Shown here piece by piece: positions 1 through 8,817 of a stretch of 19,987 nt of DNA (the stretch's first letter is position 1; each line of letters starts with the position of its first letter). A model generated the notes under the pieces. It did not search any database, was not told where the DNA came from, and saw nothing but the letters and a program-made list of their open reading frames with translations. Location of the stretch: positions 1 to 19,987 of the forward strand of contig NW_021824067.1 in the NCBI RefSeq assembly GCF_006345805.1, in the 5' to 3' direction. This DNA is from Octopus sinensis (lineage: Eukaryota). The position numbers and the translations under genes are program-made.

Positions 1-57
1 CTGCTCAAAGCTGTGAGAACATTTCAAAAGGCTGTAAGATGTGACACAGACAACATA

Positions 58-248
58 GAAACCAAGTCTCCCCGCCAAATGTGACGACTTTCGATGTATC
101 TCCAGTGAGGGCAATGTCATGTTGTCTCACATAAGGCCTTAGTCACAATACAGACGGATATGCGAAGTTGCTAGAGGCTATGGACAAGCCCTTGTTGGAA
201 AGGGTTACTGCTGGAAGGCCATGTTTAGCAGTAGGCTTAGTTCAGTGT
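58..248 (+). mobile_element. Decayed Tc1/mariner transposase fragment, maT/DD37D-like catalytic region
   Basis: Manual translation with frameshifts gives TKS..(F)RCISSEGNVMLSH..GLSHNTDGYAKLLEAMDKPLLERVTAGRP. This resembles the 'TKFPATVMVFGCVSSEGDVMPPH...GY..LL...VKPWLERVAAGRPYVWQQDSAP' segment of maT-type transposases (recalled). No TIRs seen. Confidence 0.6.
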
Positions 249-373
249 TTTTATAATGTATGATGCTGTATGCTATCGTTAGTATCTTCTACTTCTAAAG
301 CGCTCATTTAATCTTCTGAAAGTTGCCTTCCAAATGCTGCAAATAATTTGTCAGAGCAAAAACGCCTTCACAG

Positions 374-407
374 CTGATACAGAGTTGCTGAAACAACTCT
401 GTATCAG
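374..407. other. Perfect 14-bp inverted repeat with 6-nt loop
   Basis: ctgatacagagttg-ctgaaa-caactctgtatcag; the arms are exact reverse complements. Confidence 0.9.
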
Positions 408-550
408 TAGCTTGATAGTATTCACAGTCGTCATGTGCTAAGCCCAGTTTTATTGCAGCTTCTTTCTAAGTATGGGAAACTACACCATTAATAACTCTCA
501 TAGCTTTAAGTGATGTAGCTCCGGACACACAAACATATACATACGCATAC

Positions 551-986
551 ATGATGGCCGTCCACTCGTGACCGAGGAAGACCATTGCCGACTTTCAGGA
601 ACATTGTGCGCTCTAGGACTAACTTATATTTTGCATTTGCGGCTCCGTTGGTGGCTAATGAGCCCTGCTCTTGACAAGCATACACGACTGCAAACATTGC
701 AGACCAAGCTTTCCCCATTCACTATACGAGCCGTGCGCTTTCGCACAGCTCGCTTAAGTTCTTCATGCTGGATACGTGCTATCTCAAAAGTGCCGATCCC
801 CTCCTTAACCTGCTTCATCCATCTGTGGCGATGACAGGCATTGTTCTTCCAGTCAGTGTCCTGCATATCAAAGGCCTTTAACGAGGACTTAACACAGTCC
901 TTAAATCGCAGCCTTGGTTTCTGCCGGAGTCTCCTTCCATTCACAAGTTCTCCATAGAGCATCTGCTTAGGAATCCTTCTATCCTC
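551..986 (-). mobile_element. 5'-truncated RTE-clade LINE: ORF2 C-terminus with C2H2-type zinc finger plus 3' UTR
   Basis: ORF 624-1043(-), residues DRRIPKQMLYGEL...RQKPRLRFKDCVK...CNVCSRVCLSRAGLISHQR, typical of the RTE C-terminus. The 3' UTR ends in a stem-loop (ctcg-gtca-cgag) and ccatcat. The first ~19 aa of the ORF are SINE/(TA)n sequence. Confidence 0.85.
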
Positions 987-1003
987 TATATATATATATA
1001 TAT

Positions 1004-1149
1004 GACGGGCTTCTTTCAGTTTCCGTCTACCAAATCCACTCACAAGGCTTTGGTCGGCCCGAGGCTATAAAAGAAGAAACTTGCCTAAGGTGCTACGCAC
1101 TGGGATACGAATCCGGAACCATGTGGTTGGTAAGCAAGCTATTTACCAC
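1004..1149 (-). mobile_element. tRNA-derived SINE, family A (OK-like), 5' half
   Basis: gacgggcttctttcagtttccgtctaccaaatccactcacaaggc... matches copies at 6240, 8602 and 14007. Degenerate B box on the minus strand; the A box is lost into a (CAT)n array. Confidence 0.9.
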
Positions 1150-1192
1150 ATCATCATCATCACTACCACAACCACCACCACCACCACCATCG

Positions 1193-1228
<36 letters not shown>

Positions 1229-1245
1229 CCACCACCATCATCACC

Positions 1246-1315
<70 letters not shown>

Positions 1316-1389
1316 CCACCACCACCACCACCACGACAACCACCACCACCACCACCACCACCATCATCATCACCATCATAATCACCATC
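1146..1389. repeat. Compound (CAT)n/(CAC)n trinucleotide microsatellite
   Basis: Direct inspection. Confidence 0.95.
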
Positions 1390-1777
1390 GTTACTAGTAT
1401 GCTCGCTCATATAGAAAGGTTTTAGCTTCATCTCCAAAGAAAAGAGAGAAATAAAAAAACAAAAACAGCAAAAACTATGTTATTAAGATATTTTTATCCG
1501 TTCATTCCTCTTTTCCATTCAACTCCCAATTCTCTATTTTTCTTCCAGCTTCCAACCTATCGACTGCTATTTAGTCTGTCGCATTATATTCAGTTGATGA
1601 AGCAGCGCTATTGATATATTCCGAGATATTCACAAACAATGTAATTATAGCTTAGTTTTCCTCTTTTTAAGATTTAGCTTAAATTTTTCTTTAGAAATGG
1701 AGTTTATTGTACGAATTTTACTCTGCCATTTATGCTAGCAATTGAATTTTGTTTCATAGTAAATGTTTACTTCACAG

Positions 1778-1835
1778 ATGTGCCTAGTGTTTCTTTGGAA
1801 AAACACATTCCGAAGTTATTATTGCATTTGTTTCG
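1778..1835 (+). CDS. Candidate small internal exon of an unidentified gene (xDVPSVSLEKHIPKLLLHLFR)
   Basis: Acceptor tttacttcacag at 1777, consensus donor CG|GTAAGT at 1836, open in one frame (phase 1 in, phase 2 out). No homology recognised. Confidence 0.3.
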
Positions 1836-1854
1836 GTAAGTGTATTGTGAAGTG

Positions 1855-1938
1855 GTTGCGATGGCAGCGGAACAAACGAGTAAGATGGCGGCGGTTTATG
1901 CTTTTTAAGTGGTAGAGTTCTATGTCCGTTGCCATGAC
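1855..1938 (+). promoter_or_regulatory. CpG-enriched promoter-like motif cluster (RFX X-box-like x2, YY1-like)
   Basis: GTTGCGATGGCAGC at 1855-1868 (2 mismatches to GTTGCCATGGCAAC), AAGATGGCGGC at 1882-1892, GTTGCCATGAC at 1928-1938. About nine CpGs in ~150 bp of otherwise AT-rich DNA. Confidence 0.25.
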
Positions 1939-2016
1939 GCATGGCACTAAAAATGGCTAAGCATACGCAACTGTATATACAATGTTACAGGACAGGATCC
2001 GTTTACCTGCTTAAAA

Positions 2017-2036
2017 CATCATCATCATCATCATCA

Positions 2037-2091
<55 letters not shown>

Positions 2092-2213
2092 TATTATTAT
2101 TATTATATTATTATTATTATTATTATTTATTATTATTATTATTTATTATTATTATTATATTATTATCATTATTATTTTTATTATCATTATTATTATTATT
2201 ATTATTATCATTA

Positions 2214-2252
<39 letters not shown>

Positions 2253-2278
2253 TTTATATTATTATTATTATATTGTTA

Positions 2279-2364
<86 letters not shown>
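2017..2364. repeat. (CAT)n then long imperfect (ATT)n array
   Basis: Direct inspection. Confidence 0.95.
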
Positions 2365-2519
2365 GCATTTTGGCCCATGTCTTCACGTTCCCAGTTCAGA
2401 TTTCGCCGAGGTCCACTTTACCTTTCATCCTTTTGATTGGGGCCGATGTAAACGACTTATCTCCTCCTTCGAAATTTCTGGCCTAGTGCCAAAATTTGAA
2501 GACATTATCATTATTATTA

Positions 2520-2571
<52 letters not shown>

Positions 2572-2588
2572 CATTATTATTATTATTA

Positions 2589-2631
<43 letters not shown>

Positions 2632-2636
2632 GTTAT
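2365..2636 (+). mobile_element. tRNA-derived SINE, family B (OR-like), 5'-truncated and internally deleted, with (ATT)n tail (2504-2636)
   Basis: B-box remnant cagttcagatttc, then gccgaggtccactttacctttcatcc and ggggccgatgtaaacgactt. Homologous to the reverse-strand copies at 5837 and 14878. Confidence 0.85.
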
Positions 2637-5468
2637 TTAGTAGTCTTATTTTTATCACGTGCTTTCACTGCACTACCGAGCGCAGCTCTGTGTGCCTTGG
2701 GTATGTGCTGTTGTTTGTTTTGGTGCTCTTATTTTCACTGTATTGAAAGTGTTTTACATAGGATGTGTGCAGTGCCTAGTAGTGCTATTTTCTGTATGTT
2801 ATATACACTTGAAAGTCCTGGTGTTTTGGCTATGTATTGGTCTGAATGTTTTTTTTTATCATACCTAGTGCGCCTACTATGATAGGAGCAATTGATAAGA
2901 GAGTGGTAGGAAAGTTGGTGGCTGTTCGAGTAATAAGAGATAAAGGTGAAGGAGTAGGGTAAGTTGAAGGTATGCTCAACCACCGAGGGAGAAGTTGTGA
3001 AGGTAAGTGAATTGGATAGGAGAGAGAAGGAGCCGGCGTATGTAGCGAAACTGAGAGGTGAATATGAACAGGTTGAGAAACAGGAGGTAGGCGATGTGGG
3101 GAGTGGAATGGGAGGTGTTTAGACAGGCAGTAATGAGATGTTCCTTTGAGGTATGTGGTGCACAAGTGGTTGGAATGGGTGTGAGGAAAGGTAGTGAGTG
3201 GTGGAATGAGCAGGTAAGGGATACGGTGACAGAGAATAAAAGGGCCTTTGAAGAGTGGTTGCAAAAAAAGGGAAGGAGAGGCGTCTGATCGCTACAGAGA
3301 AGTGAAGAGGAGAGTAAAGAGGGTGGTGAGGGTGGCGGAATGGGAAGCGAGTGAAAGTTTTGTAATTTTTTTGTAAGAAATAAAAAGATGTTTTGGAAAG
3401 AAATATGGAGAGTAAGGTAGGTGGCTGGAAGAAGGGTAAGAAAGGGTGAAGGATGTAGATGGAAATTTGTTGAAAGGAAGTGAGGATGTACAAAGGAGAT
3501 GAGCAGAGTAATTTAGTGGAAGATGTTAGGGAGGCAAGTATAGTGGCTGTGTGGGGCTGTTGGGGAGAAGGATCCCTGTTGTTGGGGGAATCAAACTACG
3601 GTGCAATAGGAAGAGATGAGATGATGGAATCCCTGCGGAAGATGGCAAACCGAAAAGCGCCAGGTATTGATGGCTGTAGAGTGGAATGCCTAAAGAAAGG
3701 AGGAGTGACAGTGATGGAATGGTTAGGGAGGCTTATGAAGGTTTGTTATGTGGCTGGAAGAGTACCAAGTATCTGGAATCACACGTGATGAAGGGGGTTG
3801 GCTGAGGTGAGATACATAGCAAGGGAGGGGGCAAGATAATTGGAGTTGTAAAAGGTATGGTGAAAAATAAAAAGGTTGAGTATGAAAGCGAGAAGAGGTC
3901 TGTATGAGGGCGTGATTCTGCTGACAATGTTATATGGTGCAGAGACGTGGGGGGCTGAGAGAGGCTGAAAGGAGGCGACTGGATGTGTTTGAGACGAGAT
4001 GTCTGAGGGCTATCGTTTGTGTGACACGGATGGACGGGACGAGGAATGAGGAGGTACGAAGACGATCACGAATGAGAGAAATACTAACAACCAAATTGGA
4101 TAGACGATTGTTGAAGTGGTTTGACCACAAAGAGAGGATGGATGAGGAGTGGATTGGGAGTGGATGGTAAGAAGGGTGATGAAGGCAGAAGTGAGAGGCA
4201 GCGGAACCAGAGGCAGACCTCGGTTTGTGTGAATGGATGGAGTGAAGAAAGCTTTGGTGGTCAGAGGTGTTGGAGTGAGAGAGAGGCAAGAGACTTTATA
4301 AATAATAGGAAAGCTTGGAGAGTGTTTTTGGACGGATGAGTGAATATTGATGTTTCTCAAAGGGGTACTGAATCGGCATGATGCGGCAGGGGTGAACCAG
4401 CATATGCTGTCGGGCTCTGCTGCTGATATTGGGGGTTGCGTTCTATGCCTTGACCCAAGCATAGAACAGGGCTCGCCATTTTGAGCAGGGAAAAGAATGG
4501 AACGCCTGGTGTGAGTCTTGTTGTGGCTACCCCTTCCTAAAAAAAAAGATGGAGAATAGGCCTGGGTATATATAAAAACAAAAAAAAACAAATGATAAGA
4601 ATTGCTTCTTTCCTTAGGATCCACATTAGATTTACTTCTATTTCCAGATCTTTGTATTTTGAAAGAAGATTTCACTTCTTTTACAGCTTTTGTTGTTTCT
4701 TCTTTTTCTTCATAGTTATTAGGTACTCTAACTTATTTTTTGTATTTTTCAGTTTCCTAAAAGACAAAAATCAGTTTTCTTTTTGTTTTGCTTGTATTTC
4801 ATGGCTATTTGTATAAGTTATTGTTGCTTCTGAATTAGGTATTTCTGTAATCCCACGGGAGTTATTTTCTAATAGCTTTCTAGCTATATAAGGTCTCAAC
4901 CACCTTCGATATGTTGTATAATTAACCTTTCTATGCAAGATTTTGGGTGGTGCATCCTAAATCCTGTCATTCTTTTTCTTGTTTTCCTGTCTATTTTGAT
5001 TAACTTATTTACATTCCAGTTAAGAATATTCTAGCTGTAACTTATTACTGAGACGGCTATTATCTTGTTTTTCGCATTGACCTCTGTTTTCAGTATTAAC
5101 CTAACTCGTCTATAGTATTCTTTTCTTATCTTCTTTTTCATTTGTGTGTATTATATCGTATCTAGTTCATTGACTCCTAAGTATTTGTATGTCTGGCTTT
5201 GGTCTAAATCTCTTATTTCGTTTGCTTTATCTAGTATGATGTTACTCTTAACTAGTTTTCCTCTTTTCAAGGTTGCTTTGGTACATTTTTCTAAGCCGAC
5301 TTTCATGTTTATCTTTTTGGTAAATCCATGTACTGTCTGTAGTAATGCTTCCAGCTATTTGTCATTTGTAGCGAACAGTTTTAGATCATCAACACACTAG
5401 AGATGGCTGATTGTTTTGTATTAACAGTTGTATCCACACCCAGTTCTGCTTAGCATGTCAGATAAAGG
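2636..5468 (-). mobile_element. R4/Dong-clade (restriction-like endonuclease) LINE relic, 5'-truncated, internally deleted, split by an RTE insertion (segments 4592-5468 and 2636-2887)
   Basis: Minus-strand translation: PLSDML..ISHL*CVDDLKLFA (RT catalytic motif), GLEKCTK, YKYLGV, RMHHPKSCIERL..EGG, then KYKDLEIEV..MW. After the insert: PIIVGALGMIKK..IQKIALLGTAHIL..TLS, a short 3' UTR and a (TAA)n end. Many stops. Confidence 0.9.
2888..4591 (+). mobile_element. 5'-truncated RTE-clade LINE relic lacking the RT core, with 9-bp TSD
   Basis: Fragments WEVFRQAV..KGSEWWNEQV, ENKKMFWKE, RKAPGIDG..GRVP joined to KYLESHV, LYGAETW, RLLKWFDH, then a 3' UTR and A-rich tail. Flanked by ATGATAGGA (2879-2887) and ATGATAAGA (4592-4600). 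Confidence 0.9.
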
Positions 5469-5571
5469 TGCCAGTGCCAAGCCGAGGTCGACTGGGGCCG
5501 ATGTAAACGACTTATCTCCTCCTTCGAAATTGCTGGCCTTGTGCCAAAATTTGAAGACATTATTATTATTA

Positions 5572-5607
<36 letters not shown>
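5469..5607 (+). repeat. Duplicated family-B SINE 3' end plus (ATT)n tail, preceded by a patchwork junction
   Basis: 5493-5558 matches 2438-2503 with two substitutions. Both tails carry the same GTT interruption after 5-6 triplets. Confidence 0.85.
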
Positions 5608-5692
5608 CAGTCACGAGGCCGGCAAATTTTTAAGGGAGGCCTTCAGTCGAGAACGTCGACTTGCACATTTTTATATCGTGATTGTACAACTG

Positions 5693-5752
5693 GTGCTACA
5701 ACAACAACAACAACAACACAACAACAACACTACTACTACTACTACTACTACT

Positions 5753-5785
<33 letters not shown>

Positions 5786-5836
5786 GTATTAATAATAATA
5801 ATAATAATAATAATAACAACAATAATAATAATAATA
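5693..5836. repeat. Compound (ACA)n/(CTA)n/(AAT)n array; the AAT part is the tail of the adjacent SINE
   Basis: Direct inspection. Confidence 0.9.
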
Positions 5837-6038
5837 AAGATACAAGGCCTAAAATTTGGGGAGAGAAGGGCGTAGTCTATTACATCGACCCCAGTGCACG
5901 ATTGGTACTTAATTTATCGACCGCGGAAAGGATTAAAGGCAAAGTCGACCTCGTCGGAATTAGAACACAACGTAGCGACGGGCGAAATACCGTTAAGCAG
6001 TTCATCCAGAGTGCGAACGATTCTGCCCGACCCCGACT
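5837..6038 (-). mobile_element. Family-B (OR-like) SINE, near full length, diverged
   Basis: Minus-strand head ...gggcagaatcgttcgcac..., body gaggtcgactttgcctttaatcc...ggggtcgatgtaatagact, (ATT)n tail. Confidence 0.85.
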
Positions 6039-6045
6039 TAGAGAC

Positions 6046-6123
6046 GAGAAGAAGAAGAAGAAGAAGAAGAAGAAGAAGAAGAAGAAGAAGAAGAAGAAGA
6101 AGAAGAGAAGAAGAAGAAGAAGA
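6046..6123. repeat. (GAA)n microsatellite
   Basis: Direct inspection. Confidence 0.95.
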
Positions 6124-6398
6124 ACCGCTAAGTTACCGGGACATAAACACACCAGCATCGGTTTCAAGCGATGTTGGGGTACACGCACAGACACAAGCAC
6201 ACACACACACACAAATATACATAGAGATATACATATATACGACGGGCTTCTTTCAGTTTCCGTCTATCAAATCCACTCACAAGGCTTTGGCCGGCCCGAA
6301 GCTTTAGTAGAAGACACTTGCCCAAGATGCCAAGCAGTGGGACTGAACCAGGAACCAGGTGGCTGGTAAGCAAGCTACTTACCACACAGCCACGCCTG
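6122..6398 (-). mobile_element. Family-A SINE lacking its 3' end
   Basis: Colinear with the full copy at 13715-14168 from gaaccgctaag to the head. A box tggctgtgtgg and B box ggttcagtccc on the minus strand. Confidence 0.9.
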
Positions 6399-6607
6399 GA
6401 GAGTCCATTGTTATTATTAGTAATTAAACTAATTAAAAATAAATTGTAAAACTTTATAATTGTATCTTTATAAAAACAATTATCGTTTAGTGTTTGTTTT
6501 GTTTCCCAAGTTTCGTTACAAACTTTGGAACTTGTCGCCAGGGAGAAATTAATGACTATTCATTGTTCAACAACATTCGTTCTTCGACGATGATGATCCC
6601 ACCTAGT

Positions 6608-7046
6608 CACACACCACCACTACCACCACCACCACCATCAAGGCCTCCACCACCACCACCACCACCACCACCACCACCACCACCTCCACCACCACCACCA
6701 CCACCACCACCATCATCAAGACCTCCACCACCACACCACCACCACCACCACCACACCACACCACCACCACCACCACCACTACCACCACCATCATCAAGAC
6801 CTCCACCACCACCACCACCACCACCACCACCACCAAAACCACCACCACCACCACCACCACCAACGCCGACCTCGCCTGTACTGCATACGCCACAGCCGCC
6901 GGCGACAACGCCTTCGCTACGGCCGCACGTACCACCAGTTCCGACCTGAATGCCAACACCAATACCACAGTTACCGCCACCGCCGCCACCGCCGCCCCCA
7001 CCGCCCCCACCCCCGCCCCCACCGCCGCCGCCGCCCCCGCTTTCGC
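6608..7046. repeat. (CCA)n array with 78-bp higher-order period, grading into GC-rich cryptic (NCC)n repeats
   Basis: The marker tcaag(g/a)cctccacc recurs at 6638, 6716 and 6794. Confidence 0.9.
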
Positions 7047-7157
7047 CAAATTCCTTTCCGTCTTCTTCTTTCTGTTTTTCGTCTTAATTTTTCAGTCGAT
7101 TTAATCTTAATTTATTTTTCATTTTTACATTTAGACTCTCTCTCTGCTTTCTATGGG

Positions 7158-7333
7158 TTGTACAACAACAACAGCAACAACAACAACAACAACGACACCA
7201 CCACTATAACCACCATCACCACCACCACCACTAACAACAACAACAACAATAGCAACAACAACGGCACCACCGCCACCACCACTCTAACCACCATCACCAC
7301 TTCCAGTATAACCACCACCACCACTACCACCAC

Positions 7334-7387
<54 letters not shown>

Positions 7388-7597
7388 AGCAGCAACAAGG
7401 ACACCACCTCCACCACCACCACCAGTATAACCACCATCACCTCCACCACCACCACCACCACCACCACCACCACCAGTATAACCACCATCACCTCCACCAC
7501 CAGCACCACCACCAACAACAAGAATAAGAACGGCAGCAACAATGTCAGAAACAAACGGTAATGCTTTTAGCAACTGCAGCACTAAAGACAACAAAGA

Positions 7598-7632
<35 letters not shown>

Positions 7633-7730
7633 ACAACAACGAAAACAACACTAAACCATCACCACCACCACCACCACCACCATCGCAAACAACAACAACA
7701 ACAACAACAATAGCAGCAACAAAAACACTG
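7158..7730. repeat. Mosaic (CAA)n/(CAC)n/(CAT)n array with a local 51-bp duplication
   Basis: ccagtataaccacc occurs at 7303, 7422 and 7473. Confidence 0.9.
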
Positions 7731-7944
7731 ACGACAACAAGAGGTAAAGTCCAAAGAAGGGAAGCGAAAAAGACCGAAACTAGCAAAAAAAAAAAAGAAG
7801 AGAAAAATAAAACAAAAGATAAACCAAAATAAAAGAGTAAAAAAAAAAAAACCCAATAAAATGAAATCGATTAATTTACAATCCATTAAAAAGTTGTAAC
7901 AAGTCGATAATTTGTACGTCATGCAAAAAGATCTTTGCATGAAA

Positions 7945-8003
7945 TATATACACAGGTAGATATATATACACAGTCATATATACACGTGTATGCTATCACA
8001 CAA

Positions 8004-8045
<42 letters not shown>

Positions 8046-8151
8046 CTATGTATATCTATGTATAAATGTGTACGTGTGTGTGTGTGTGTTTGTATTATTG
8101 TACATATTTGTATCCTAGCATGTGTTTAAGCTGTGCTTACGTATTTGACCA

Positions 8152-8193
<42 letters not shown>

Positions 8194-8297
8194 AATATAA
8201 TATATATATATAATATATATATGTATATTACATATATATATATATAATATATATATATATATACACATATACATATATATATACTATATATATATGT

Positions 8298-8344
<47 letters not shown>

Positions 8345-8428
8345 AAAGAATAAAAGAATATGTATATACATATATATACACATATATATATGTATATGTA
8401 TATATATACATACATACACCCACACACG
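7945..8428. repeat. (CA)n/(TA)n/(TG)n dinucleotide arrays
   Basis: Direct inspection. Confidence 0.95.
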
Positions 8429-8462
8429 TGAGTGCAACAGTCTAACCACTAACCGATAATAA

Positions 8463-8765
8463 TTACTCTTTTACTCTTCTCTTTTACTTGTTTCAGTCAT
8501 TTGACTGCTGCCAGGCTGGAGCACCACTTTTAGTCGAATAAATCGACCCCCAGGACTTATTCTTTGTAAGCCCAGTACTTGTTCTATAGGTCTCTTTTAT
8601 ACGACGGGCTTCTTTCTGTTTCCGTCTACCAAATCCACTCACAAGGCTTTGGTCGGCTTGAGGCTATAGTAGAAGATACTTGCCCAAGGTGCCACGAAGT
8701 GGGACTGAACCCGGAACCATGTGGTTGGTAAGCAAGCTACTTACTACACAACCACTCCCACGCCT
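8463..8765 (-). mobile_element. Family-A SINE with the central region deleted
   Basis: Both ends match 13715-14168; ggtctctttt is joined directly to atacgacggg at ~8599. Confidence 0.9.
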
Positions 8766-8817
8766 ATGTTCAATTTTATTGAAATACAAAAATAAATTAT
8801 TTAATAGTTAAAGAAAA

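Noticed and set aside
6511-6600. Possible exon after tttgtttcccaag (FVTNFGTCRQGEINDY...)
   Set aside because: No convincing donor; the frame runs into the repeat array.
6840-7110. Mucin-like Thr/Ala/Pro frame with a hydrophobic end
   Set aside because: It is continuous with the cryptic NCC repeat and a T-rich tract, with no start or splice support.
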